From Clostridia bacterium (GTDB lineage Bacteria; Bacillota; Clostridia; JAAYHZ01): DNA of 64,000 bases. The stretch's first letter is position 1; the number at the start of each line of letters is the position of its first letter. Below the pieces are notes generated by a model, which was given only the letters and a program-made list of their open reading frames with translations, had not been told where the DNA came from and did not search any database. A program made the position numbers and the translations under genes. Location: NCBI GenBank assembly GCA_050950825.1, contig JBMNIH010000006.1, positions 96,001-160,000 of the forward strand. The letters run 5' to 3'. This document shows, piece by piece, positions 9,187 through 19,101 of the stretch.

Positions 9187-10563
9187 TTATTCCACGACGG
9201 GAAGGCTTGCAAATCCTTTTTCCAAATCTTCGTCGGTGGGAATGAAATCGGTCATGGTTCCGTTGTTGTAGCTTTCATAGGCCGTAAGGTCAAAGTATCC
9301 GGTTCCGGTCAACCCGAAAAGAATCGTTTTTTCTTCGCCGGTTTCCTTGCATTTCAACGCTTCTTGGATGGCACCGTAAAGAGCATGAGACGATTCCGGC
9401 GCAGGGAGGGTTCCTTCGCTTCTTGCAAACAACGTGGCGGCTTCGAAGACCTTCGTTTGTTCTGCGGACATGGCTTTAATGTAGCCGTCATGATACAGCT
9501 TGGAAACGATGGGGCTCATGCCGTGGTAGCGCAATCCTCCCGCATGGTTGGGAGAAGGTATAAATCCGGAGCCTAAGGTATACATTTTCAGCAAAGGCGT
9601 GGTGCGGCCGGTATCGCCGAAGTCGTAAGCATATCTTCCTCTTGTCAATGAGGGGCAGGAAGCGGGTTCCACGCCGATAAATTCGATGTTGTTTTTCCCT
9701 TCGATTTTGTCTCCCATGAAGGGGGCGATCAATCCGCCGAAATTCGATCCGCCGCCGACGCAACCGATAATCACATCCGGCTGTATGTCGTATTTTTCAA
9801 GGGCGGCTTTCGTTTCTTGACCGATAATGGTTTGGTGAAGGATGACGTGGTCCAACACGCTGCCTAAGACGTAACGACAGTTTTCGGTGCATATCGCCTT
9901 TTCAATGGCTTCGGAAATGGCGCATCCTAAGGATCCTCCCGTATTGGGATTTTCCGCTAAGATTTTGCGGCCTACGTTGGTGGTATCCGAGGGTGAAGGA
10001 ATTACTTTTGCTCCGTAGGTTTCCATTACCGATTTGCGATAAGGCTTCTGCTGTGCCGAAATCTTAACCATATAGACCGTAAGGTCCACTTGGTAATAGG
10101 CACAAGCCATGGACAATGCCGTACCCCATTGTCCGGCACCGGTTTCGGTAGTTAAATGCGTGATCCCTTGTTTTTTGGCATAATATACTTGGGCTGCGGC
10201 GGAGTTTAATTTGTGGGACCCGGACGTGTTGGTGCCTTCGAATTTGTAATAAATTTTGGCCGGAGTATCCAATACCTTTTCAAGGCAGTAAGCTCGGACC
10301 AGGGGAGAAGGACGGTACATTCGGTAGAAATCCCGTATTCCTTCGGGAATTTCTATGAAACGGTCCGTTGTGTTCAGTTCCTGTTTGACTAAGTCTTCGC
10401 AGAAAATCTGCTTTAAATCATCGGCGGTGCAGGGCTGTAAGGTTCCCGGATGAAGCATGGCAGCCGGTTTTTCTTTCATAACGGCTTTCAAATTGTACCA
10501 AGTTGTCGGCAGTTCCTTCTCTGACAAATAAATTTTGTACGGTATTTCCGTCATTTCGATCAT
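9187..10563 (-). CDS. trpB2: TrpB-like PLP enzyme (tryptophan synthase beta, type 2)
   Basis: SGSHKLNSA PLP lysine, TETGAGQWG, GCVGGGSNFGG, HAGGLRYHG, PAPESSHA. Confidence 0.92.
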   Translation of the reverse strand: MIEMTEIPYKIYLSEKELPTTWYNLKAVMKEKPAAMLHPGTLQPCTADDLKQIFCEDLVKQELNTTDRFIEIPEGIRDFYRMYRPSPLVRAYCLEKVLDTPAKIYYKFEGTNTSGSHKLNSAAAQVYYAKKQGITHLTTETGAGQWGTALSMACAYYQVDLTVYMVKISAQQKPYRKSVMETYGAKVIPSPSDTTNVGRKILAENPNTGGSLGCAISEAIEKAICTENCRYVLGSVLDHVILHQTIIGQETKAALEKYDIQPDVIIGCVGGGSNFGGLIAPFMGDKIEGKNNIEFIGVEPASCPSLTRGRYAYDFGDTGRTTPLLKMYTLGSGFIPSPNHAGGLRYHGMSPIVSKLYHDGYIKAMSAEQTKVFEAATLFARSEGTLPAPESSHALYGAIQEALKCKETGEEKTILFGLTGTGYFDLTAYESYNNGTMTDFIPTDEDLEKGFASLPVVE

Positions 10564-10579
10564 TCCTTTCTTTTATTTG

Positions 10580-10848
10580 ATAATAAAAAAGGTCTTTATC
10601 CTAAAATATAGGACAAAGACCTCAAATCTCTGCGGTACCACCTAAATTGTGTTCAAAGAACACCCCTTTATCATATACAATCATATATGCTTCCTTGATA
10701 ACGGGCGAAGATCCCGGCAGGCCTACTCAATTCTTTTCGGCCGAACCCTCATGAGTCCATTCACAATAAGCTTTATCGCCGCATTCTCACCCCCGGCGGC
10801 TCTCTTTGGATAAAGGGTTTATTGCTACTACTCTCAATCAACGGTTTA
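10580..10848 (-). ncRNA. T-box riboswitch with Trp (UGG) specifier
   Basis: minus strand: AGUA, AGAGA and GGUGAGAA stem I motifs, GAA-UGG specifier (10757-10759), T-box AAUUUAGGUGGUACCGC, terminator ggtctttgtccta/taggataaagacc plus U-run; TTGACA-17-TAGTAT promoter upstream. Confidence 0.92.
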
Positions 10849-10953
10849 TGGAATATTTTCAATCGCTCTTCATTGTTTTCATCATACTACACGTTCAATT
10901 TTTATTTGTCAAGGGTTTTTTAAAAAAACAATTAAAAAATTTTTGTGCGTCCG

Positions 10954-12858
10954 CTATACCGTATATTTCCATAAATGAGACGAATGTCCGGGTTGTTTGT
11001 TCGGGTCGTCGACGTATGGAGGTCCGCTAAAATAGATGACTCCGTTCAAATATGCCATGCCGCTTGATACGGGAACAGGAGGCTCCGCTAATTTTTCTAC
11101 GGCAAAGGTTTTGGTATTGATGACATATATGGCTTTTTGGCATAAACCGTACAAGAGTCCGTCTTCTCCTTTTACCAATCCGTCCCGAACCGGGTGCCCG
11201 AAGCCTTTTAGCTGTGCCGTATGAATCGTCTTTTTCTTTAAAGGATCGAAAACAAAATAGACAAGGCCGGATGTAATGCCGTGAAGAATGGCTCTATCGT
11301 CCAATTTCATTAAGGAGATTTCTCTTTGGCCGGGAACGGGGACACAGCGGAAAATGACCTTACGGGTTTTCCAATCGAGAATATACAGCTCGGCTTCTTG
11401 GGCATTCGGTTTTCCGCCGCAGGGGGATTCGATGGTGGTTCCCGCTATGGGGTTTCCGTCCGGCAGTACCTCGATGGCTAAGGTGCTGTGATAGATTAAA
11501 AGTTCTTCGTTCGGAATCACACAATCTTCCTTTGTTTTGTAGTTATATATGCAAAGTCCTCCTCCGGTTCCTCCGTTCGGACCGAAGCCGCCGAAAAGAA
11601 AGCTTTCCTTGTCGATATGGGCGGCTGCGCATCGAGGGCGCAATATTTCTTCGTGTTCCGCCACTAACTTGGGATTTCTTTGGTCCGGATCCTCCGTGTC
11701 GATTCGGATCGGTTTCGACGTGTCGAAAATATGTATTTTTCCGCCGTAATACGCGACGCCGCCTAGAACGCTTCCTTGTACGGCATACGCACATATATTG
11801 CCGCCGCCGGATTTTTCATAGAACTTTCCTCCGTAATGTAGAAGCTTTTCGGTTTCCGGGTCATAACAATAGGCGTGCATGGGGTGATTACTGGTTCCGT
11901 AAATTCTGCCGTCCGGCCCCTTTGCAATCGGAGACAAGTGAGCGCCTTGGGTGACATATTCGAGCCGCAAGGAATGCATTTCATGAGTATCGAGGTCCTC
12001 CCAAAGGATTTCATGATTTCCGATGTCGTATTCTTTAATAAAGGAAGGATCGACAAAGGGACTGTGTATGCTTTGGAAGGTATGGGCGTTGTTATAGTAT
12101 CCGTCGGGGGCTACCGATTCAAAGGGTACGGGTACGGCCAAGCCCTTTTCAAAAAGATACCACTTTTCCTTGGCGTCCTCCGGTTTAAATCCGTAACCCA
12201 CATCCTCCAAATTGAAATGACCGTACACTTTTCCGTCGATTCCTTGCCGGATATAGCAGGAGCCGCGGGTCCGTTCTTCCTCTTTTAAGAGCTGCTTTTT
12301 TTCACCGGTTTCAGGGTGATATGCAACAATCCCTTTTTTGAATGTTCCTACACCCATATAGACCCAACCGTAAGAATCAAGAGCCAAATGATCCACGTAA
12401 TCGCCGTACGGATCCATGATGCCGTAGCCCTGTACGGTTTTCCTTAAGGGATCGTAAGAAAACAAGCGGCCGCCGGTACCGGCGGAATAGGATCCGAAAA
12501 AGATCCGTCCCGAAGCATCTTCCCCGAAGCTCCAGCCTGCCGTATGAGCATCCGGTAATGCTTCATAAAAAGTGAATTGATCCTTTGAAGGATCGTATTC
12601 CATGAACATGCTTTCTGCGGCGGAGTACACAAGGCCCGATCGGCTGACAAAGGATCCGAAGGGATACCCGTTGTTGTTTTCGGGAAAGAATCGTTGGTGC
12701 GCTTTTTTCTCGCTTAAATTCACATTCAGCAAAAACCCTTCCGAGAAAATGATTAGATACAAATTGCCATTGAGGTCCTTCGTTAATACGGAGGATCTGT
12801 TTTCTGCACAATTGGGAACCGGAACGCCGAGATCCGTAAATCTTGAAATGGTATCCAT
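10954..12858 (-). CDS. beta-propeller (WD40/PQQ-like repeat) protein of unknown function
   Basis: repeating DGxIYGxT and YDPxT blade-like motifs; GAGGGAGG RBS before ATG 12858. Confidence 0.7.
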   Translation of the reverse strand: MDTISRFTDLGVPVPNCAENRSSVLTKDLNGNLYLIIFSEGFLLNVNLSEKKAHQRFFPENNNGYPFGSFVSRSGLVYSAAESMFMEYDPSKDQFTFYEALPDAHTAGWSFGEDASGRIFFGSYSAGTGGRLFSYDPLRKTVQGYGIMDPYGDYVDHLALDSYGWVYMGVGTFKKGIVAYHPETGEKKQLLKEEERTRGSCYIRQGIDGKVYGHFNLEDVGYGFKPEDAKEKWYLFEKGLAVPVPFESVAPDGYYNNAHTFQSIHSPFVDPSFIKEYDIGNHEILWEDLDTHEMHSLRLEYVTQGAHLSPIAKGPDGRIYGTSNHPMHAYCYDPETEKLLHYGGKFYEKSGGGNICAYAVQGSVLGGVAYYGGKIHIFDTSKPIRIDTEDPDQRNPKLVAEHEEILRPRCAAAHIDKESFLFGGFGPNGGTGGGLCIYNYKTKEDCVIPNEELLIYHSTLAIEVLPDGNPIAGTTIESPCGGKPNAQEAELYILDWKTRKVIFRCVPVPGQREISLMKLDDRAILHGITSGLVYFVFDPLKKKTIHTAQLKGFGHPVRDGLVKGEDGLLYGLCQKAIYVINTKTFAVEKLAEPPVPVSSGMAYLNGVIYFSGPPYVDDPNKQPGHSSHLWKYTV

Positions 12859-13081
12859 TTTGTTTTCCTCCCTCAAGAATCCCTTCAATATTTTCTATAT
12901 ATATCATATCATGAACGGAAAAGTTTTTTTGCAAATTTTTTACGACAGTAAAAAGCAATCCGATTAGCGTAAAGTAAGTTTCGGATAATAATCAATGGAG
13001 GAATATAACAAATAGAAAGAGGACCCCGATTGTGATATGATTAAATTTCCATACAAAAAATCACAAAGGAAGGTGTCCTCT

Positions 13082-14566
13082 ATGTATAAAAGTATACTAC
13101 ATTTTATTGAAAATGGGTTAGTCGAAATTGAAAAAATGATGGGTGATATTCTGGCAGGTAAAAAAGATGCCGATGATTTGACTGCACTCGTTAATAAAGT
13201 TACGTCAACGTTAGCGGTCAGCCTTATAGCGGATTTGTACGAGAAAGCTGATAACGATATACGAGAAAGCAGCGTGAGAAAAAAGTATTGGAATGTCGAG
13301 CACAGGAACAAAAAGAAAACCATCGTAGATGTCATGGGTAAGGTTGAATTCTGCCGAACCGGATATTGTGCGAAAGGAACGGGTGAGTATGTATATCTTT
13401 TGGATCAGGTGCTCGGATTTGAACCGCACCAGAAGGTAACGCTAGGCGCAGCTGCGAGAGCCTTGGAAGAAAGTATAGACAGCAGTTACCGCAAAGGCGG
13501 AGAGAATGCGAGCATAAAAGCGGAAGAAGGCATTAGCAAACAAGCCGTAATGGATCTGGTACATGAGATTGAGGCGGACATGCCGATGCCGGAACCGGAA
13601 GGAAAGAAGAAGATAAAAAGGCTTCATGTCATGGCCGATGAAGATCATGTGGCGGCACAGTTTTGGAATGAAAAGGGCGATTTGAAGCGAGATGCGAGGG
13701 GCCATAAGATTAATACCCTGATGCCTAAGCTTGTTTGTGTATTCGAGGATATTATCAATGAATCGGGGGAAGCATCCAAGAATCCCAGATATAAGCTGAT
13801 CGGAAAAAAATACTTTTGCGGTATTTACGAGGGTGGCAAAGGCAACGAAAAGCTTTGGATGGAGGTTGCCGAATACATAGAAAAAACATACGATACGGAC
13901 TATCTTGAGAGAATATACGTAGTCGGAGACGGAGCTTCGTGGATAAAAAAAGGATGCGAATATTTGGAGAACAGCAAATATGTCCTTGATAAATACCATA
14001 TGATGAAATATATAAACAGGTCAGTGGCGCATCTTTACGATAGCGCGGACGAGGTGAAAGACTGGATTTGGGGAGCCTTGAATCGTTTGGACAAAAAGGA
14101 ATTGAAGAATATCTATGAGCAGATCCTGAAGGTTACGGAAAGTGAAAACAAGAAGCAAGAAGTGGAAGATGCGTTAAGATATTTTCTAAATCATTGGCAA
14201 GGGATAAAAACCCGAGTGGAAGAAACAAGCGGCTGGACATATTGCATAGAAGGGCAAATAAGCCATGTATTGTCGGCAAGAATGAGCAGCAGACCAATGG
14301 GATGGAGCGAATTGGGTTGCGACCGCATGGCAAGGCTCAGAGCGTACAAAAGAAACGGCGGTAAGATTCTTGACTTGCTAAAATATCAAAAACAACGAAA
14401 AAAGCAAAAGGAAAGGCGTGAAGCACAAGAAGAATTGATAAGAGATCTGAGAAGAAGACATTCAAAATGGACGTATGCGGAAGATACCAGACGTCACATA
14501 CATGGTTTGGAAAGGAGCAGTATGAAGTGGCTAAAGAATATGACCACACTGGCTTGGGACGCATAA
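13082..14566 (+). CDS. ISLre2-family (UPF0236) transposase
   Basis: ADEDHV, GDGASWI, LDKYH, EGxxSHVLSARMSSRPMGWS motifs; start may be 13037. Confidence 0.9.
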   Translation: MYKSILHFIENGLVEIEKMMGDILAGKKDADDLTALVNKVTSTLAVSLIADLYEKADNDIRESSVRKKYWNVEHRNKKKTIVDVMGKVEFCRTGYCAKGTGEYVYLLDQVLGFEPHQKVTLGAAARALEESIDSSYRKGGENASIKAEEGISKQAVMDLVHEIEADMPMPEPEGKKKIKRLHVMADEDHVAAQFWNEKGDLKRDARGHKINTLMPKLVCVFEDIINESGEASKNPRYKLIGKKYFCGIYEGGKGNEKLWMEVAEYIEKTYDTDYLERIYVVGDGASWIKKGCEYLENSKYVLDKYHMMKYINRSVAHLYDSADEVKDWIWGALNRLDKKELKNIYEQILKVTESENKKQEVEDALRYFLNHWQGIKTRVEETSGWTYCIEGQISHVLSARMSSRPMGWSELGCDRMARLRAYKRNGGKILDLLKYQKQRKKQKERREAQEELIRDLRRRHSKWTYAEDTRRHIHGLERSSMKWLKNMTTLAWDA

Positions 14567-14609
14567 GCAGCTTGAACCGCTATGACTTTGTAACCGTGTG
14601 ACGGTAGGC

Positions 14610-14775
14610 TTTATGCCGCGAAAGTCGCTTTACGATGAGTAGACGGCATGTTAGGCTTGTCTGCCTGGCATCAAACACACAAAGCCGTATCCGGCTTCAC
14701 CCTGTAGGAAGATGCCGCAGAGGCCACTAAACATGCCGGCAGAGGCTCGTCGTAAAGCGAACCGTGGAATAAATG
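14610..14775 (+). ncRNA. candidate structured non-coding element in the ISLre2 3' arm (homologous to the element in IS256)
   Basis: nested stems with compensatory changes relative to 44533-44696; see findings. Confidence 0.6.
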
Positions 14776-14865
14776 AGTACTTTACTTGTGCATGTTAAGG
14801 ACCCCTTAGACGGTTGGACAGATTGTATAAAAATGTAATACAATTTGTTCAAGGGGGAAGAAAGT

Positions 14866-15174
14866 ATGAGGAAGAGATTCACAGTTGAACAAAAATTAGC
14901 AGCAATTAAGGATTATGAGGCAGGAGTTAGAGTAGCGGAGATATGCAGAAAGCATAATATTAGCCCTAATACCTTCTATAAATGGAGAGCTAAATATGAG
15001 GAAACAGGAGTAGATGGTCTTGCGCCAAAGGCAATAAGCTCCATTACCTCGAAAGAGTATGAACTACGGAGAGAAAATGAAGAATTGAAGAAACTCCTGG
15101 GTGAAAAAGAATTAGCAATTAAGATATATAAGGATCTATTAAAAAAAACGAGCCCGGGCTTGAAGATAGATTAG
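14866..15174 (+). CDS. IS3 OrfA (HTH)
   Basis: MRKRFTVEQK..ICRKHNISPNTFYKWR HTH plus coiled coil; A8C slippery run at 15141-15149. Confidence 0.88.
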   Translation: MRKRFTVEQKLAAIKDYEAGVRVAEICRKHNISPNTFYKWRAKYEETGVDGLAPKAISSITSKEYELRRENEELKKLLGEKELAIKIYKDLLKKTSPGLKID

Positions 15175-16100
15175 GGGTAGCAGATAAATACATAAAAGCA
15201 GGGCATGCTGCGAAAACAGTATTAAAGTTAGTTAAAGTAGCGCGCAGTACATACTATTACTGGAAGAGAAATAGAAACCGAAGGGACTCGTCTGAAGGGA
15301 ACAGAAAAGGAAGAAAGCCAGAAGGATATTCTTTGGATGAGACAGGTAGAAAAATTAAAGATGAAGAGATAGTTTCAATAATTCGGGAAATTTTGAGTGG
15401 AGAGTGCAGTTGCTATGGTTACAAGAAAGTAACTGCACATCTCAGGGTATTATACAAGATAAAAATAAACAAGAAGAAAGTATATCGGTTGATGCGCGAA
15501 AATGGACTTTTAAAGCCAGTTAACAGGAAACATGCACATAGAAGAAGGGTAGATGACAGAAAAGTTGGAAGACCGAATCAAATGTGGGCTACGGACATTA
15601 AGTATGGCTATATTGCAGGAAAAGGCAGGACATTTTACATTATTAATTATATAGATGTTTTTACAAGAGAGCTTGTTGGAAGCTATGCTGATTATAGTAT
15701 AAATTCAAAGAAAGCGGTCAGGGCTTTAGATAAAGCAATTAAGGATAGGGGAATTGATCCGTTAGGACTTATTTTAAGGAGCGATAATGGGTCTCAATAC
15801 ATAAGTGAGAACTTCGCGGAATATTGCAAAATAAAAGGAATTTATCATGAATTTACTCATGTAAGATGTCCGGAAGAAAACGGTCATATAGAAGCGTATC
15901 ATGGAATTCTTGAGGAAGAATTATTGAGTAGAAGTGAATTTGACAGTTTAGAAGAGGCGAGAGCTGCTTTATTAGACTGGGAAGATTTTTACAATAACAG
16001 GAGATTACACTGGGGACTTAAGTTAAAAACACCTAAACAGGCATATAAAGAATATGCTCAAAAAACTGAAAAACTCAAACTTCGCAGTAAATTAATATAA
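15141..16100 (+). CDS. IS3 OrfB integrase-core transposase (reached by -1 frameshift; last residues replaced by the inserted IS)
   Basis: WATDIKY, RSDNGSQY, ENGHIEAYH DDE motifs, YNNRRLH; removing the inner IS restores the end KTEKVIEKAS-stop. Confidence 0.85.
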   Translation, partial: KKNEPGLEDRLGVADKYIKAGHAAKTVLKLVKVARSTYYYWKRNRNRRDSSEGNRKGRKPEGYSLDETGRKIKDEEIVSIIREILSGECSCYGYKKVTAHLRVLYKIKINKKKVYRLMRENGLLKPVNRKHAHRRRVDDRKVGRPNQMWATDIKYGYIAGKGRTFYIINYIDVFTRELVGSYADYSINSKKAVRALDKAIKDRGIDPLGLILRSDNGSQYISENFAEYCKIKGIYHEFTHVRCPEENGHIEAYHGILEEELLSRSEFDSLEEARAALLDWEDFYNNRRLHWGLKLKTPKQAYKEYAQKTEKLKLRSKLI

Positions 16101-17694
16101 TAAATTCCTAGATAATTTAATATAAGCTTTTTAAGTAATATATGTAACTAAGCGACTTTTGACTTGGGTAATCTTAGTTTTAAATATTCAGGAAGTCTAG
16201 AAATGAAAATTCTAAGAAACCCATTTACTCGCTTATCATCAATCATGAAATACTCCATTAAGCATTCTGACAGTATTTCGAGAATCAGTTGTATTACTTC
16301 ATCGAACTTTATGTCTTGCAATTCATCGTAGCATAAATAAAACAACTCACCTATAGTTCGATTATCCATATTGTTCCGATTTTCTATTGCCAGCATGATA
16401 TACCTACTGAGGACTACTGCGGTATGAGCCGTCATCATATCATATGACAAGCCTTGAAACTCTCTACCTAAATTGAGATATGTCTTGCACATTTTATAGA
16501 AAACTTCTATATCCCAACGTTTGCCATACGTTTGAATTATTTGCTCTTCCGAAAGCGCCAAATCGGTTGAAATGATGGCTATCCATTTCTTCCTGTTATT
16601 CCGATCCCGTACGAATACAATGCGAGCATCCATAGTCTCTTCTTCTTTGTTGTGAATGGATACGACAACCGACAAAAGGTATTTGGAACGACCACGTCTC
16701 TTTTTTTGAGAATTATAGATTTCCTTAAGGGTCATTTTCTTTCCGTTAAAGGAATACTTGATATTAGGAGTATCTTTAAGCCGCCCGATGCTGTGAAGCT
16801 TCAACTTCGCAATGTCCATGAGTATTGCAGGATAGGAAAACCAACTGTCGAACAGCACGTGCTTTGCAGGTATGTGTTGCTCGACTGCTTGCCGAAGCAT
16901 CGCTATCATTAAATCAGGGGCTTTCTGCATGGCTTGCATTCTTCGTTTGTATCCATTGGTGTTTTTATGGATATCATCTCTCATTTTACACAAATGTTTT
17001 TCAACTTTGCCGGATGTGAGCAAACAAAAATTAAACGGAATAAGTGTGTTGCCATCTGACCATGCAAGAGTAAGCAACCTGAATCCTTTTTTACACTTGT
17101 TGTCGGTATGATCTCTGACAAACGAAAGCATCTCTACACATTTGCTTCGTAAACGGCCGTAGAAGGTATCATCTACAACAATGACATTAATACGGTCATC
17201 CGATGTCAAATCCTTTACATGGCTGTTTATAACCGTGGATGCCAATGTCATAACAAATGTCTGCCAGTTAATATATATAGAGTTTAGGAAACGATATACA
17301 GTATCTTTTTTAAAATCGACATTTTTGTCTCTGTTGCTGTCTTTATTTTTTATCAGGTTCATATACATACTTCTGTTTGTGAAAACCAATTGAAACAAAT
17401 AGAGAAAAATTTGAATTACCGGTACACCTCTTTTTTTATAAGCATTGGCATGTTGCAGAGCTTGATAAATTTTAAACTTTCTAAAAAAAAGATTGATTCT
17501 ATCGTTAAACTGCTTTTCTTCGATATAATTTTCCGGTATACTATTCATGGCAAGGGGCTCCTTCGTTGTGATATTATGTTTGATTATGTTAATTAATATT
17601 ATACCACAACCCAGGTCTCCTTGCTCATACTTTTTTGCACTAAACTATTGAATTATCTAGGTTCGAACGCACTTTTTCAAGTGCGAAGTTTGAG
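16074..17694 (-). mobile_element. IS4/IS701-like DDE element inserted in IS3 orfB
   Basis: perfect 13-bp IRs CTCAAACTTCGCA; DR TGAAAAA at 16067-16073 and 17695-17701. Confidence 0.85.
16148..17548 (-). CDS. DDE transposase (IS4 superfamily/IS701-like; exact family uncertain)
   Basis: VDDT, LFDSWF, YGKRWDIEVFYKMCK (YREK-type) motifs. Confidence 0.85.
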   Translation of the reverse strand: MNSIPENYIEEKQFNDRINLFFRKFKIYQALQHANAYKKRGVPVIQIFLYLFQLVFTNRSMYMNLIKNKDSNRDKNVDFKKDTVYRFLNSIYINWQTFVMTLASTVINSHVKDLTSDDRINVIVVDDTFYGRLRSKCVEMLSFVRDHTDNKCKKGFRLLTLAWSDGNTLIPFNFCLLTSGKVEKHLCKMRDDIHKNTNGYKRRMQAMQKAPDLMIAMLRQAVEQHIPAKHVLFDSWFSYPAILMDIAKLKLHSIGRLKDTPNIKYSFNGKKMTLKEIYNSQKKRRGRSKYLLSVVVSIHNKEEETMDARIVFVRDRNNRKKWIAIISTDLALSEEQIIQTYGKRWDIEVFYKMCKTYLNLGREFQGLSYDMMTAHTAVVLSRYIMLAIENRNNMDNRTIGELFYLCYDELQDIKFDEVIQLILEILSECLMEYFMIDDKRVNGFLRIFISRLPEYLKLRLPKSKVA

Positions 17695-17884
17695 TGAAAA
17701 AGTAATAGAAAAAGCAAGTTAATGTCCAATTTTAAGGGGCCAAAGCAGTGCATTTGCTATTGTCTTCATGAATTCTTGAATAGGGGATTAAGTCTATATA
17801 ATGGTGTAAAAAGAAGTTGAGCCAAAGCTCATGCCTCGGTTAGAATATAAATTACTAAAAAACAAACCCGAGGAGGGATGAGCA

Positions 17885-19096
17885 ATGACTCAATTTAATA
17901 TTACTATAAGCGGAGAACTTTTGCACGGATTATTTTTATCAAATGGCAAGGATGAAGCGTTTGCCAAATTATTGGAAGAAATATTTAACCAGGTTCTTTT
18001 AGCCCAGTCTTCAGAGCAATTGAAGGCCGACCCCTACGAGCGATCCGAAGAAAGAACCGCATACCGCAATGGATATCGAGATAGACAGTTAACTACTCGA
18101 GTAGGTACACTTACCCTGCGCATTCCCAGACACCGCAACGGGCAGTTCTCCACAGAGTTATTTGCCCGATATCAGCGCAGTGAACAAGCATTGGTGTTGG
18201 CAATGATGGAGATGGTAGTCAATGGTGTTTCCACTCGAAAAGTGGAATTAATAACCGAGGAACTATGCGGGAAGAAGTTCTCAAGATCCACTGTCTCAGA
18301 TCTTTGCAAGAAGTTAGATCCCATCGTGGAGGCTTTTAGAACTCGTCCTCTGCAGTGCCACTATCCCTTTCTCATAGTGGATGCCATCTTTGTAAATGTG
18401 CGGGAAAATGGTCGCGTACAATCAAGTGGTTTGTTGATAGCCACTGCAGTGAATGAGGAAGGCTATCGCGAAATCATAGGGTTTCAATTAGCCAACAGTG
18501 AATCCGAAAGCAGCTGGGGTGAATTCTTTTCCTCTCTTAAAGAAAGAGGGCTAAAGAATGTTGATTTGGTTACCTCTGACGACCATAAAGGGTTGGTCAA
18601 AGCTGTTAGAAGGCACTTTCAAGGCGCTGGTTGGCAACGCTGTCAAACACACTTTTCCAAGAACATTTTGGATCATACACCGAAGGCGCTGCAACCTGAA
18701 ATTAAAGAAGAGCTACGCCGGCTTTATGAGGCCGTTGACCTTGAGAGTGCTCGTAACATCAGAGATGGGATAATCCAAAATTATGAAGCCAAGGCGCCGA
18801 AAGCCACGGCTATTCTGGACGAGGCATTTGACGATATCACTGCTGTTCTGGCCCTGCCCTTAAGGTATCGAAAACGGCTTCGTACTACAAATAGTGTGGA
18901 AAGACTCAACCAGGAAATTCGTCGTCGTGAACGGGTTATTCGAATCTTTCCCAATGCATCATCAGCCATACGGCTTATGGGTGCTTTATTAATGGAACAG
19001 CATGAAAAGTGGCAAACAGGACACAAATATTTCAATATGCAGTTGTATTACCAGATGCGGAAAGAGAACGATTCGAAGTCCGGTACTGCTGCCTAA
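17885..19096 (+). CDS. IS256-family (Mutator) transposase
   Basis: YRNGY, VDA, SDDHKGL, QRCQTHF, TTNSVERLNQEIRRR. Confidence 0.95.
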   Translation: MTQFNITISGELLHGLFLSNGKDEAFAKLLEEIFNQVLLAQSSEQLKADPYERSEERTAYRNGYRDRQLTTRVGTLTLRIPRHRNGQFSTELFARYQRSEQALVLAMMEMVVNGVSTRKVELITEELCGKKFSRSTVSDLCKKLDPIVEAFRTRPLQCHYPFLIVDAIFVNVRENGRVQSSGLLIATAVNEEGYREIIGFQLANSESESSWGEFFSSLKERGLKNVDLVTSDDHKGLVKAVRRHFQGAGWQRCQTHFSKNILDHTPKALQPEIKEELRRLYEAVDLESARNIRDGIIQNYEAKAPKATAILDEAFDDITAVLALPLRYRKRLRTTNSVERLNQEIRRRERVIRIFPNASSAIRLMGALLMEQHEKWQTGHKYFNMQLYYQMRKENDSKSGTAA

Positions 19097-19101
19097 GATC
19101 G

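Larger units (their letters stand above)
14793..17747 (+). mobile_element. IS3-family element interrupted near the orfB 3' end
   Basis: TG..CA ends with imperfect IRs (CCCCTTA..TTGGACA); 5-bp DR GTGCA at 14788-14792 and 17748-17752. Confidence 0.85.
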
